Source of the DNA: a virus
Taxonomy: Duplodnaviria; Caudoviricetes
DNA: 64,000 bases
Strand: one strand, 5' to 3'
Virus record (IMG/VR): IMGVR_UViG_3300047469_000103
Location: 64,001-128,000 of that record
The notes under the pieces are model-generated. The model was not told the DNA's origin, searched no databases, and worked only from the letters and a program-made list of their open reading frames with translations. Within the stretch, counting starts at the first letter, position 1. Each line of letters starts with the position of its first letter. A program made the position numbers and the translations under genes. Below are positions 37,457-47,055 of the stretch, piece by piece.

Positions 37457-37843
37457 TTAAACCTTGTAGTAGTCGCGCAGCTTCGCGATACCTTTGCGGA
37501 AAGTGTCGGTGTACATTTCCACGCGGTTCGGGCGTTCCAGCACGTCGAAACACATTTTGAATTCGTCGGTCGGAACTTGCGCCAGCTTCACAACGGTGTA
37601 CGGCAGTTCGCCGGGAACCAGACGCGAAGTGATTTCTTTTTCCACTGCGCGAATTGCGATTTCGATAACTTCAGAAACCGAATCGCTGGTGTGCGCGTTG
37701 CCGTTGAAATTGAAATGGTTCAAACCGTTTTCTTGTGTCAGGAAATCGGCTGGCTGGCCCGCGCCGTTTTTGTTCTGGTGCGGAGTGCCGATGAACAGGG
37801 TATCAACGATATCGAAAAAACCAGATGCAAAATGGTTGCTCAT
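37457..37843 (-). CDS. Hypothetical protein
   Basis: Start MSNHFASG at a TAATG overlap; 128 aa. Confidence 0.6.
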   Translation of the reverse strand: MSNHFASGFFDIVDTLFIGTPHQNKNGAGQPADFLTQENGLNHFNFNGNAHTSDSVSEVIEIAIRAVEKEITSRLVPGELPYTVVKLAQVPTDEFKMCFDVLERPNRVEMYTDTFRKGIAKLRDYYKV

Positions 37844-38361
37844 TATTTTACCTTCTTTTTCAGTTCTGTGAGTTTGTGGTCGCGGCACGCTTTCCAAGGA
37901 TCAACGCCGCGCATGCTGTCGCGAAACTTCGTCAGCAGAATTCCGTATTGATCTGCGCCTTTTCCGTTTTTACCGGTGGCCCAAAATTCATCCCATTCGC
38001 CTTTGTGCGAAAGCCGCGCTCTACCGGTTGCCAACAACGCAGCCAGACGATGCGGGTTTTGCATATACGATTCACGAATGGAAATTTCGTGGTTCTTCAA
38101 ACGTTCGGTGTCGTAGGCATCAACCGGAATGCCGCCTGCTTTCTTCGAACCGAAGTGTTTCATTTTGTACGGATCGAATGCCAGCAGAATCTTGTTGCGC
38201 AGGTCGTCACTTTTCTTACTCAGCTTTCGGAACTGGTAGAATTGTTCCTGACATTTCCACATGCGGCCTTTGTAGTAAAACGGCGCGGGCCACATGGCGC
38301 TAAAGATTTCGTTTTCATACGAGTTGAACTCGATTACCTTCTGCTTTTCCTTCGCCATCAA
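37843..38361 (-). CDS. NADAR (YbiA-like) family protein
   Basis: 'FSAMWP..F...G..W...EQFYQF.K', 'K.FG', 'QNP..L..LLATG...L', 'DEFW.TG..GKG.DQ.G.LL...R'. Confidence 0.85.
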   Translation of the reverse strand: MMAKEKQKVIEFNSYENEIFSAMWPAPFYYKGRMWKCQEQFYQFRKLSKKSDDLRNKILLAFDPYKMKHFGSKKAGGIPVDAYDTERLKNHEISIRESYMQNPHRLAALLATGRARLSHKGEWDEFWATGKNGKGADQYGILLTKFRDSMRGVDPWKACRDHKLTELKKKVK

Positions 38362-38621
38362 AAAGTCCTGTTGTGGATTTTGTTGTAGGTCTTCACCAGC
38401 ACGAACGCGCCGCTAGTCCATAGTGAATAATCAGTTACCCACTTTTCCAGTTCTGCGATTGCAGCGGCTTCGGAACGGAAACCGTTGAAACCGTTCAAGT
38501 CGGCTTTGTCATAATGCGGGCCTTGCTGTTCCGGCTCAACCAAACGTCCGTCATCCTCAAGCACGCGCCACCAGTAGGTAATTGCCAATACTGGATTTTC
38601 TTCAGGCATCTGTGCCGACAT
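38358..38621 (-). CDS. Hypothetical protein
   Basis: 87 aa; start could be 38609. Confidence 0.6.
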   Translation of the reverse strand: MSAQMPEENPVLAITYWWRVLEDDGRLVEPEQQGPHYDKADLNGFNGFRSEAAAIAELEKWVTDYSLWTSGAFVLVKTYNKIHNRTF

Positions 38622-39252
38622 AAACGTATTCCTTATTTTTCAAATCAACGCTGACGTGAATTTCTTTTTCTGCCATCTTGTCGATAGCCGCCAACAGTTT
38701 CGGACTCAATTGCAGTCTGCGAATTTCCGGTTCTTTTGTTGTGTCACCATCCGGCCAGACTTTGCACAATTGCGTATTACTGACAACGCCACGCGGGTAC
38801 GAACACGGTTGCGGTTCTGCTGCTGACGTGCGCCCGGTTTCCACGCGTTTAATGCGGCCTACCGATTGTTGAAAGTCAGCAGGTGAAAAACCATTAGCCG
38901 GGAAATGGAACGACTTCGGACGCGGTTTGTACACGCCGAACTTTATCGAATCTTTCGGCAGATTATCCATCGAAGGAATACTGCTGCGGAACGTTTGGCG
39001 AACCGTTTTGCAATGCAGCATCGGCATGCGCCTTTGCAGACGTTTTCGCGACCAATCCCATTTATCGACCAGCCACGAATCCATCGGGTCATCGTGGTTT
39101 GAATACGTGCCGTCAGCATAAAACGTGAGCGATTGAATTTTGCTGTTCACGTAGCATTCACATTCTGCATAAGTTGCAAAACGTTTCGAGCGAATCACGT
39201 GAACGGGTCGAATGAAAACGTGAACCATTTGTCCGGCTTTTGGCAATTTCAT
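38602..39252 (-). CDS. Hypothetical protein
   Basis: 216 aa. Confidence 0.55.
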   Translation of the reverse strand: MKLPKAGQMVHVFIRPVHVIRSKRFATYAECECYVNSKIQSLTFYADGTYSNHDDPMDSWLVDKWDWSRKRLQRRMPMLHCKTVRQTFRSSIPSMDNLPKDSIKFGVYKPRPKSFHFPANGFSPADFQQSVGRIKRVETGRTSAAEPQPCSYPRGVVSNTQLCKVWPDGDTTKEPEIRRLQLSPKLLAAIDKMAEKEIHVSVDLKNKEYVYVGTDA

Positions 39253-39903
39253 TTAGTCACCGTAACTGTCATTGCTGCTGTTGCTTGAGGCCGGTTCCGA
39301 AGGCGATTCACGCGATGGTTCCGGTTCCGACCGGGAAGGCGTGTAGCAGCTTTCCACAGGCGTTTCACGGTGACTTGCTGTACTGGCTACACATTCGGAA
39401 AACGAACGCGCATTTTCTTCACGGTCGCCGCCTGCTTCAACTGCACCCATACGCGGAATGCTTTTGAGAGATTCCACAAAATCATCGTCGGCTTGATTTC
39501 CCGCGAACGCAGACGACATTCCAATTGCAGAAGCCACCATTACCAAATCGTCTACGGTGCGATCTTGCGGCGTTGCAGGTTGCGAATATTGCGTTGCGAA
39601 ACGATGGTCACGTGCCGTTTGCAATTCGGTGCGTTGGCGTGCGCGGTTGCTATCAATTTCAGCAGGCGATTTACCGCGATGGCCTTTGTAGGGCATTGCC
39701 ATTTCTTTTGGCATACCTTCTACGCGTGGCCGTACTGGCTTTTCAACGAACCCCGGAAGACTCGGTTTAATTCGGTTGATATGGCCCAGCGCAACGTCGA
39801 GTGTATGCTCGCCCGGTGTCGGTTTGGTTTCTTCCACAACCGGATCAACTTTTACGGCTTTCGGTTTGATGCGAAACAGCCATTTGAAAAATGCTTTAAT
39901 CAC
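39253..39903 (-). CDS. Hypothetical protein with Ser/acidic low-complexity tail
   Basis: 216 aa; ends SRSEPEPSRESPSEPASSNSSNDSYGD; GTGA overlap. Confidence 0.65.
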   Translation of the reverse strand: MIKAFFKWLFRIKPKAVKVDPVVEETKPTPGEHTLDVALGHINRIKPSLPGFVEKPVRPRVEGMPKEMAMPYKGHRGKSPAEIDSNRARQRTELQTARDHRFATQYSQPATPQDRTVDDLVMVASAIGMSSAFAGNQADDDFVESLKSIPRMGAVEAGGDREENARSFSECVASTASHRETPVESCYTPSRSEPEPSRESPSEPASSNSSNDSYGD

Positions 39904-40364
39904 CGCTCTTTCCTCAACAGGTCTTCTTCGATTTGGTCACGCAGAGTCTGCATATATTCCGGCGAAGTGAGACGCGCAACAGACGCCTTCAATTCTTCGT
40001 TATCTTCACGCAGCTTTCGGTTTGCGGTTTTCTGCGAGTCGGTGATAGCGCGCATGTTGCTGACGCTTTGCAGCAGACTTTTAATTAGCAGAATGTACGG
40101 GCCGAGAACTTTCGAATTCTTGAATTTCTTCGCTTCTTTTTCGAAGTCTTCAAGCGGCAACATTTCGATTTCGCCATCCAGCGGTTTAACGTGTGTGCGT
40201 CGATGCGACTTCACAGCGTTACGCCCGAACGCGTCAACGATTGGCTTGGCTGATTCGCCGGTCGTTGCGTCTACAATTTGATTACCGTGATCTTGCAGCA
40301 CCGACGATTGGATATTGCCGTTGCCGTCGATGGAAATAACCGTGTCTTGCGGTTCGTTGCTCAT
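39900..40364 (-). CDS. Coiled-coil hypothetical protein
   Basis: 154 aa. Confidence 0.65.
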   Translation of the reverse strand: MSNEPQDTVISIDGNGNIQSSVLQDHGNQIVDATTGESAKPIVDAFGRNAVKSHRRTHVKPLDGEIEMLPLEDFEKEAKKFKNSKVLGPYILLIKSLLQSVSNMRAITDSQKTANRKLREDNEELKASVARLTSPEYMQTLRDQIEEDLLRKER

Positions 40365-40385
40365 TTAATTGTACCCTTCTAACGA

Positions 40386-40405
40386 GGCGCCCGGTTAAGG
40401 ACGCC
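40386..40405 (-). other. Intergenic RNA hairpin with UUAACC loop (copy A)
   Basis: Minus strand GGCGUCC-UUAACC-GGGCGCC; homologous to 47056-47075. Confidence 0.6.
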
Positions 40406-40414
40406 CCGCACAAA

Positions 40415-41233
40415 TTAATCGGAGGTGTAACGGCGATGTTCCAGCAAGTCACTCGACAAAGGAACGTCGGCAGTGCTGACCAGATGGAACGCAAAAATCT
40501 TCGACCAGTTTTCGAATGTTACGTGCGGATACGCATCGCTCAATTCGTTCAACGGCACAGCCGGAATAAAGTCGAGTGCGGCTTCGCGATTGCCGATGGT
40601 TACGCCTTCGCGCAATTTCAAACGCATTGCCACACCGAGGTGCAGACGACCAACGTTGTCGCTGTTGTCGAAAATCAAACCTTCGAAGTGCAGCGATGCC
40701 AAATTGGCAAAGTCTTGCACGGTTGCAATCAAACGCTCTTCTGGCGTGCCTTCGTTTTCGAACGCTTGGAACTTCACGCCGTCAACAAAGAACGTCATTT
40801 CTTCGAACGCTTCACGGTAAACGTTTTCGATGATGCTGGCTTCCATATTGATTACGGAACCACGCTCACCGCTTTCCAGAATGTACGTGCAGATATCCAC
40901 GAAATCCATATGACCGCCGGGGCACAGCGAACCACGGCCCTGCAAATCGGATTCACCGTTACCCTCACGCGAACGCAGATATGGGTTAACGATGTTTTGG
41001 CCTTCGTGATTTTCCACAATGAAATAATTCAACCATTGTGCAACGTCGCGATTACCTTTGTACGACTCACCCCAGTGAACCGCTTCGTCGAGGTTCTGAC
41101 GCTGGCGAATTACGATGCCTTCCTGAATGGTGTGCAGGAATTCAGCGAAGTCAACACGATTGAAACCTTGTTGAATGCCAGTGCGTTGCAGAACGTCGCG
41201 TGCGATGCCGAGAATGAATTCAGGGTATTTCAT
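40415..41233 (-). CDS. Nudix-fold phosphoesterase (COG4112/YmaB-like)
   Basis: 'PY.R...GE..L.G..SL..GGH.D', 'REA.EE' and 'GLIFD.S.NVGRLHLGV'. Confidence 0.75.
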   Translation of the reverse strand: MKYPEFILGIARDVLQRTGIQQGFNRVDFAEFLHTIQEGIVIRQRQNLDEAVHWGESYKGNRDVAQWLNYFIVENHEGQNIVNPYLRSREGNGESDLQGRGSLCPGGHMDFVDICTYILESGERGSVINMEASIIENVYREAFEEMTFFVDGVKFQAFENEGTPEERLIATVQDFANLASLHFEGLIFDNSDNVGRLHLGVAMRLKLREGVTIGNREAALDFIPAVPLNELSDAYPHVTFENWSKIFAFHLVSTADVPLSSDLLEHRRYTSD

Positions 41234-41285
41234 TTTGTTGCTCCGTAAATAGGCGCTATTGCCTAACACCTATTTACAGTTTTCT

Positions 41286-41732
41286 TTAGCACGGACGTAG
41301 GCGTTTGCGGATGGTGCCCGTGCGCAAGCGGAAATCGTCTTCTTCCAAAAACCGGATAAGGTCGGAGTTATTAACGATTCGCATACGAGGGCCATCTTTC
41401 AAATCCAGCGCCGTGCAGCTTGGCATGTCGATGTAAACCCAAACGACTTTGCCTGCATGCCGCTCTTTGATTTGTGCAATTATTTCGTCAGCGTCGAAAC
41501 GTTGGAAAATGCTGTAGACCATCAACGTTTGATTGGCGAACTTTAACTTCACCGTTTCTTCGCCGTAGGAATGAACAAGACGCGCAACCACGTTTTCCAG
41601 CGACAGTTCGTCATTCAGAAAAATCTGAACAAAGTTTGAACCGCCTGCATCATTCATAAGAGTGCGCAGCGTTGCGTCTGTTGCACCAGCACCGGGTTTT
41701 GCAATCAACATCAAATCAGGATCAAACAGCAT
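41286..41732 (-). CDS. Degenerate DnaB/RecA-like P-loop domain protein
   Basis: 'LIAKPGAGAT' (Walker A with K>A), 'FL..ELS.E.VV.RL' and 'VWVYID' (Walker B-like). Confidence 0.5.
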   Translation of the reverse strand: MLFDPDLMLIAKPGAGATDATLRTLMNDAGGSNFVQIFLNDELSLENVVARLVHSYGEETVKLKFANQTLMVYSIFQRFDADEIIAQIKERHAGKVVWVYIDMPSCTALDLKDGPRMRIVNNSDLIRFLEEDDFRLRTGTIRKRLRPC

Positions 41733-42159
41733 TTTGGTCTACCTTGATTATTGAATCAACGAACACCGTCACGGTATCGACGTTGCGCATGATGTAACGG
41801 ATGGTGTCGCTTTTCAGTTTGAACGGCAGACCGAACGGGGCGCCTGAATATTCATCGCTGCTCGGAATCTCGTGGTGAATGAAATGACCGGGCATGTAGA
41901 AAACCACATGCACACGGTCGAAGCCGTCATTGTGTTCACGGAAATAATTAATCTTTTCCGAAACCGAACCAACACCAATACAGGTGACGGCCCAGTGGTG
42001 AATGTTGAATGCCTTCAGCGGCCACGGCGCATGGTCTTCGTGACGCACGCAATAAATCATCGCCTCTTTCCGTGCGTAACGTTCTTTGTGGAATTTCTCC
42101 ATAATGAACTTCGCGCTTTCTTCGTCGCTGTTATCGACAACGTTGAATGAACGGATCAT
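41722..42159 (-). CDS. Hypothetical alpha/beta protein
   Basis: 145 aa, coupled. Confidence 0.6.
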   Translation of the reverse strand: MIRSFNVVDNSDEESAKFIMEKFHKERYARKEAMIYCVRHEDHAPWPLKAFNIHHWAVTCIGVGSVSEKINYFREHNDGFDRVHVVFYMPGHFIHHEIPSSDEYSGAPFGLPFKLKSDTIRYIMRNVDTVTVFVDSIIKVDQNAV

Positions 42160-42950
42160 GGCTTGAACCCCTCTCCCAAATCCACGCCTTTCAACGCATC
42201 ACGCAGACCGTCGAGAATTGGCGTTTTCGATTTCTCGCCTTTTTCTTTGGCTGCCATTTCCAGTGCGATACGCGTCGGCAGTGTGGAAGCCCCGGCGTGC
42301 GTTGGTACGCTGATAATCGCAAAGTCACCCGGACGCAAACCTTTCTCCAACGCGCTATTCAGTTCCGGCAATCCCGTTTTCAGTTTGCCGTATTTCAAAA
42401 ACAATTCGTTGTACATTTCTGCATACGAATTTGTGAACTCGCGATCAGGATAAACGAATTGCAGATTTTTCAACTGGTCTTGCACTTCTTCCAGAACATC
42501 GTCGATTGCGTCTTGATGCGCACCGGCACGTTTCAAGTCGTCGATATGCAGAAGCGTTTGCGCTTTGTAGTGGCCGAACAGTTCCGGGTCGTCACCTTTA
42601 CGGTCAGGCAACGCGATACGCTGTGTGACCGCCTGAGAGCGCATAGGAACGACGGAAACGAAATCAATTGCCGCCGATGCACCGCCGCCGTAACCGGCCC
42701 GCCGCAGGGCATCCAGTTCGTCGTAGCCTTGAGCCAAGTCGAGGCAGCTTTGTCGCCAGAAAATCCAGTAGGAACGCTTGACTTCGATTTTGACGCAGCC
42801 TTCGTCCATGAGTTGCATCATGATTTTCAGGTCGTTGTAAACGCGCACCGGATCAAGCTTTTCGTTTTCTGCCGTGATGCTCTGTTGACCGAGAAGCGTA
42901 GCGGCAGTTTCCAGCAATTCACGATACTGTTCTTTCGTCTTTGCAGTCAT
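42156..42950 (-). CDS. Hypothetical protein ending in a DnaB-like ATPase fragment
   Basis: C-terminus 'TGLPELNSALEKGLRPGDFAIISVPTHAGAST..RIA'. Confidence 0.6.
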   Translation of the reverse strand: MTAKTKEQYRELLETAATLLGQQSITAENEKLDPVRVYNDLKIMMQLMDEGCVKIEVKRSYWIFWRQSCLDLAQGYDELDALRRAGYGGGASAAIDFVSVVPMRSQAVTQRIALPDRKGDDPELFGHYKAQTLLHIDDLKRAGAHQDAIDDVLEEVQDQLKNLQFVYPDREFTNSYAEMYNELFLKYGKLKTGLPELNSALEKGLRPGDFAIISVPTHAGASTLPTRIALEMAAKEKGEKSKTPILDGLRDALKGVDLGEGFKP

Positions 42951-43690
42951 TCGAAAATCCCCATCATGACGTTTTTCTCACCGCGCGAAATTTGCACCAC
43001 GTAATAAACTACATCGTCTTTCACGCAGGGCAGTTGCACACCGTACATTTTCAGAAGCGCCGGGTCAGCGGCAACGTAGGAGCGAACAGTTTTCAACAAC
43101 GCAAAGCAGAAGGCATCCGAGCGCTCCAGATAATTGATCGGGGCGTAACTCTGTTCCGGGTCGTGCGGTTTGAACCGTTCCGCAAAGTATTTATTGAACT
43201 CAGTAAGCTTCGGCAACCACTGGCGTTTCTCACCACAGAACTTTTCACGTGTGCCGCTTTCTTGGTGAATTTCACGGCGGCGCATTTCGTCACTGTTCAC
43301 GCAGTCGAATTGGTAATAGGCGTAAATGCTCAGATACCCGGAACGCCACTCGTGCTGGTCTGGAACAAAGCAGGCGTTTTCCCCGAGTGCGAAAATAACT
43401 TCCGGCACATCGAAGCCTTCCACGCCTTTCCGCCAGCGTCGAATTTCTTTCGTGACCATCAGGAAATCTTTCAGGTGGCCGAGATTCGTTTCGGTGAATT
43501 TGTACCGACCGAATGTGTGGTTCGGAATAAAGTCGTAATGGACGACCGCGTTACCGGCGATTACGAAACCGGTTTTGTTAATGCGTAGTGACAGGCCGTC
43601 GAACGCGTATTCCATGCCGTGCTTTGTTTCGCACGACAGGAAAGACAATTCAGGATCAGCCAGCAATTCAATAAACTGTTCGCGTACCAT
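42947..43690 (-). CDS. Hypothetical protein
   Basis: 247 aa. Confidence 0.65.
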   Translation of the reverse strand: MVREQFIELLADPELSFLSCETKHGMEYAFDGLSLRINKTGFVIAGNAVVHYDFIPNHTFGRYKFTETNLGHLKDFLMVTKEIRRWRKGVEGFDVPEVIFALGENACFVPDQHEWRSGYLSIYAYYQFDCVNSDEMRRREIHQESGTREKFCGEKRQWLPKLTEFNKYFAERFKPHDPEQSYAPINYLERSDAFCFALLKTVRSYVAADPALLKMYGVQLPCVKDDVVYYVVQISRGEKNVMMGIFE

Positions 43691-43692
43691 TT

Positions 43693-44442
43693 TTATTCCC
43701 CCGCAGCCACTGCCACGCCTTTGTTTTCAGTCAGCACATATACGCTGTACGCGCCGTCAATGTTCGGTGGCAATGGGTGTTCACTTTTGACGGTGTAATG
43801 TTGCACCGCTGGCACCAGCATGAGACGACCGCACGCCAATTGATCGCCGTACAAATGCACCATTTCGTTCTCGCTAAAAATGCTGCCGATTGGCGATTCG
43901 TCTTGGCCTTCTTGAAACTTGAAATGGTTCTTACGGATTTTGTCGCTGGATTGGAAATCCCAATTGTCCAGCACGTAGGAATGACGGGTAACGAAAATGT
44001 ACAGCGCCGTTTCGTTCGGGCGTTCCACTTCGTTGTAAATCAGCACGCTCATTTCTTCCGCGCAGTTTTCAGGCTGTGCAATTTTCTCATATCCGTTCGG
44101 GATACTCGACGTGATGATAAACCACGCTGGCAACTGGTACAGCTTGCGCACGTGATCCTGATAATGCGCAATGCACAGCGCACGTTTAATGCTGTGCATC
44201 ATTGCTTCCAGCTTTTCTTTTTCAGTGTGCGTTACGCAGCGATACCACGTAGGCACCACGTAATCTTGATGGCCGTCTTTCGACAGTTCTTCAATGGAAA
44301 AAGATTTCGCGTTGAACGTGAAGCGCACACCTTCGATTGTGTAAATCGCTTTCTTCGCGTGTTGAATGTGTTCGCAGGTCAGGCCACGAGTGCGGACATA
44401 ATCCTGCACAAAGATTTCGGCGGTTACAGTGTCGTCACGCAT
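43693..44442 (-). CDS. Hypothetical protein
   Basis: 249 aa; TAATG overlap. Confidence 0.65.
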   Translation of the reverse strand: MRDDTVTAEIFVQDYVRTRGLTCEHIQHAKKAIYTIEGVRFTFNAKSFSIEELSKDGHQDYVVPTWYRCVTHTEKEKLEAMMHSIKRALCIAHYQDHVRKLYQLPAWFIITSSIPNGYEKIAQPENCAEEMSVLIYNEVERPNETALYIFVTRHSYVLDNWDFQSSDKIRKNHFKFQEGQDESPIGSIFSENEMVHLYGDQLACGRLMLVPAVQHYTVKSEHPLPPNIDGAYSVYVLTENKGVAVAAGE

Positions 44443-45542
44443 TATTCAAATCTCCCGATTACTTTCTCGCAATTATCAATGAATTTTGGAAGGCCGGTGT
44501 AGCCGTGGCAGCGTATCAGATATTCAGTGTTGAATGCGATCCACGCCATTTCTGCATACGCACCGAAAACCCCGTCGTGCAGCGACAGATTAAATTCGAT
44601 GCCGTCGCCATTTGTGATGCGGAATACTTTCGTTTCGCTTGGCGCAGTCTTGACGCACTGGCGTTCGATTTGCACGTTGGTCAAACCTTGAACCATCAAC
44701 GCCATTTTGGATTGCAGATTGGAGTGCGGAATTGCATCGTTTTCTTTTTCTTCGCGCACTTCTTTCTGGTGCAATTCTGCTTCCAGCGCTTCCAGCAACA
44801 ACGGTAGTGCCGTGGATTCTTTGCGAGCGGTTTTCGAATTACCCATCGCCATCCATTTAACACGAACGTGCTGGTCACTAATTGCGATTCGCGAATCACC
44901 AATCATGAAAATCGTCAGGCCGTCGTTATCCTCGACAGTCAGCGAATCAATTTCCAGCAGATTTACATCCGCGAAGTTTTGCACGTAGGCAGTTGCACGC
45001 GCACGCAATCCGACCGGCTCTTTGTAATCGACAATCATGTGATTCCATTTATTCACAAGCTTGGAGAAAACATCGCGACGGAAACCGTGACGACATGCGT
45101 TAATCGCTTCGCAAATGTCTTCTGCGTATTGGTGAATTCGATCCGGTTGGAAGCCGTAAATCTCTTCCAGTTGTGGGCGCGATTCTGGCCGAGGTTTAAC
45201 CAACATAACGCCGCTGGCAATCGACAGGCCGCGCAGCTTACCCGCTACAAAGTCCTGTAGTGGCTTCAGACGCGTTCCAATGTGGATAAACGCCTTGGCT
45301 TCAGCGAAACCGTTAGAACCGTCTGTAGTGCCGTGGAAGCGCTCAGCGAGCCACAGCGCCAATTGGTGGCTGACAAACTTCTGATCGTACTGCGCAACGC
45401 TACCAACTTCGGCAGGTTCAATCGTGCCGTACTGGTGTTCACTCACACGCCCGAACTGATCGACCAAACGATAACGAAACGATGGCGCGTTATCAGCAGG
45501 CATGCCGATTGTGATTTTGTAGAATTCATCAAAGCGTGTCAT
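44442..45542 (-). CDS. Hypothetical protein
   Basis: 366 aa; ATGA overlap. Confidence 0.65.
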   Translation of the reverse strand: MTRFDEFYKITIGMPADNAPSFRYRLVDQFGRVSEHQYGTIEPAEVGSVAQYDQKFVSHQLALWLAERFHGTTDGSNGFAEAKAFIHIGTRLKPLQDFVAGKLRGLSIASGVMLVKPRPESRPQLEEIYGFQPDRIHQYAEDICEAINACRHGFRRDVFSKLVNKWNHMIVDYKEPVGLRARATAYVQNFADVNLLEIDSLTVEDNDGLTIFMIGDSRIAISDQHVRVKWMAMGNSKTARKESTALPLLLEALEAELHQKEVREEKENDAIPHSNLQSKMALMVQGLTNVQIERQCVKTAPSETKVFRITNGDGIEFNLSLHDGVFGAYAEMAWIAFNTEYLIRCHGYTGLPKFIDNCEKVIGRFE

Positions 45543-45940
45543 GAATTTTTATCCCGATGGTCTTGTTTAAGTTTCGTGCGAAGTTCTGTCGCTTCGACTA
45601 ACTTGCGTTCCCAATTTTTCTCATAGGTGTTGTCGTTTCCGATATGCACCATTTGAGGTTTCCCGGTTGCGGGATTGCAGACGGCGAAACGATGCTTTGT
45701 CTGCCGTCCGTCTTTGACTTTGTAATAAGTGATGCCGACGATATTTAAACTCTTCTTGTTGCTGCGTACATGCGTTTCGTCTTTGCGCATGTGGACGGCA
45801 TTTTCTAATTCTCGTTCTGCTGCGGCATACGATAAGTCAGAACCGCCGTAGTCCTTGTCGTAGAATTTGCGGCGGGTTACTTCGACTGTGCTGGGTATGT
45901 ACCAGCCCGTTTGGCTCAGGTTACGCTTTATTTTCTTCAT
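45539..45940 (-). CDS. AP2-like DNA-binding protein
   Basis: 'GWY...KFY...YGG...S..AA' then 'N...GITY.K...F.V...G.....IG...YE....A...R', resembling tandem phage AP2 domains. Confidence 0.5.
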   Translation of the reverse strand: MKKIKRNLSQTGWYIPSTVEVTRRKFYDKDYGGSDLSYAAAERELENAVHMRKDETHVRSNKKSLNIVGITYYKVKDGRQTKHRFAVCNPATGKPQMVHIGNDNTYEKNWERKLVEATELRTKLKQDHRDKNS

Positions 45941-46566
45941 GACTTGGCATAATAAATTCTCGTCTCAGAAGCTGGAATAACAGCACGGTTGAAATCGCCA
46001 CTGTCCACGATGATTAATCCGTGGGCGATAACGTCTTGATGAAAGCATGTGGCGTCTGTTTTATTTTCAAAACGCACCACATAGGAATTTTCAGAAACCG
46101 GTGCGAGAAAATACGTGGTCGCACTCAGTTTCAAAAGGTTGCGGCGCATATCAAGGCTAACCGCTGGCGTTTGTGTTTCTGCGTAGGCGAACCGGCGCGA
46201 TTCGGGAACGTGGTCTACGTCTACGTTGAACATCTGTAGAATCTCGCCGCGCTTCTTCTGGCTGATTACAGACGTACCGCGTACCCATTTGCCCACAGTG
46301 TCATGCGATGCAATAGGCGACAGGTCTACGCCTTTTTGCAGCAGTTCCAGAATGTGAAAAGCGTACAGCGCCAAACGCCATTCATCTTGGAACGATTTTA
46401 AATTGCTGATCGCTTTTACTTCAGCCTGTGTCGGGAGAAACAGACCGGTCGCGTATGCGTTCAAAGTCGCTTCAGCTTGTACGGCAGTCCAACCCATTGC
46501 CGCTGCCAAACTATCAACGATCAAACGATTGCGCGCCATTGCACCAATCGAAGAATAAAACATCAT
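45937..46566 (-). CDS. Tandem XRE-like HTH protein
   Basis: 'SLAAAMGW...LNAYATG..LPT' and 'HDTVGKWVRG...IS......I...FNV'. Confidence 0.5.
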   Translation of the reverse strand: MMFYSSIGAMARNRLIVDSLAAAMGWTAVQAEATLNAYATGLFLPTQAEVKAISNLKSFQDEWRLALYAFHILELLQKGVDLSPIASHDTVGKWVRGTSVISQKKRGEILQMFNVDVDHVPESRRFAYAETQTPAVSLDMRRNLLKLSATTYFLAPVSENSYVVRFENKTDATCFHQDVIAHGLIIVDSGDFNRAVIPASETRIYYAKS

Positions 46567-46590
46567 AGCAATTCCTTGTAAGGGCGATTT

Positions 46591-47040
46591 TTAAACCAGC
46601 TTGAATGAGTCACGAATATTTTTCGTGAACTGTTCTTCCATCCATGCCGTGTCTTGGATGTTGCGGAAAATCCAAACGTAGTTGCCGTTGGCCGTTCGGT
46701 AATCCTCAATCGAAGTCGGGCGACATTTTCCAGCAAGCAGCGTAGAGAAATTTATTATTTCCTCGACGTGTGCAGCCATTTGGAATTCGTCGCGTTCTTC
46801 TTCTGCTAGCGGAATATTCGTGCGGTTGAATACCACAACGAAAGTCAGGTCGTTAATCGTGTACGAATCGTCAGCCATGCGAAACAGGAAAGGGTGTAGT
46901 TCGCCTTCCTCCACATGCTTGCCGATTAAATCAATCCGGCCATTATAATAATTCCCGGCCTGATCCATGTTGTGGCCGATTAGCTGAAAGAAATCTTTAT
47001 GCTCCAGAATATGCGGCGACATTGCTGCGACGTAAATCAT
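46591..47040 (-). CDS. Hypothetical protein
   Basis: 149 aa, GGAGG RBS. Confidence 0.65.
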   Translation of the reverse strand: MIYVAAMSPHILEHKDFFQLIGHNMDQAGNYYNGRIDLIGKHVEEGELHPFLFRMADDSYTINDLTFVVVFNRTNIPLAEEERDEFQMAAHVEEIINFSTLLAGKCRPTSIEDYRTANGNYVWIFRNIQDTAWMEEQFTKNIRDSFKLV

Positions 47041-47055
47041 AAAGCCTCCAACAAC

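Noticed and set aside
42156-42950. Functional replicative DnaB helicase or a frameshifted helicase gene
   Set aside because: The Walker A Lys is missing and the ORF stops after the first strand-helix unit. The downstream ORFs have their own coupled starts and do not continue the DnaB sequence in register.
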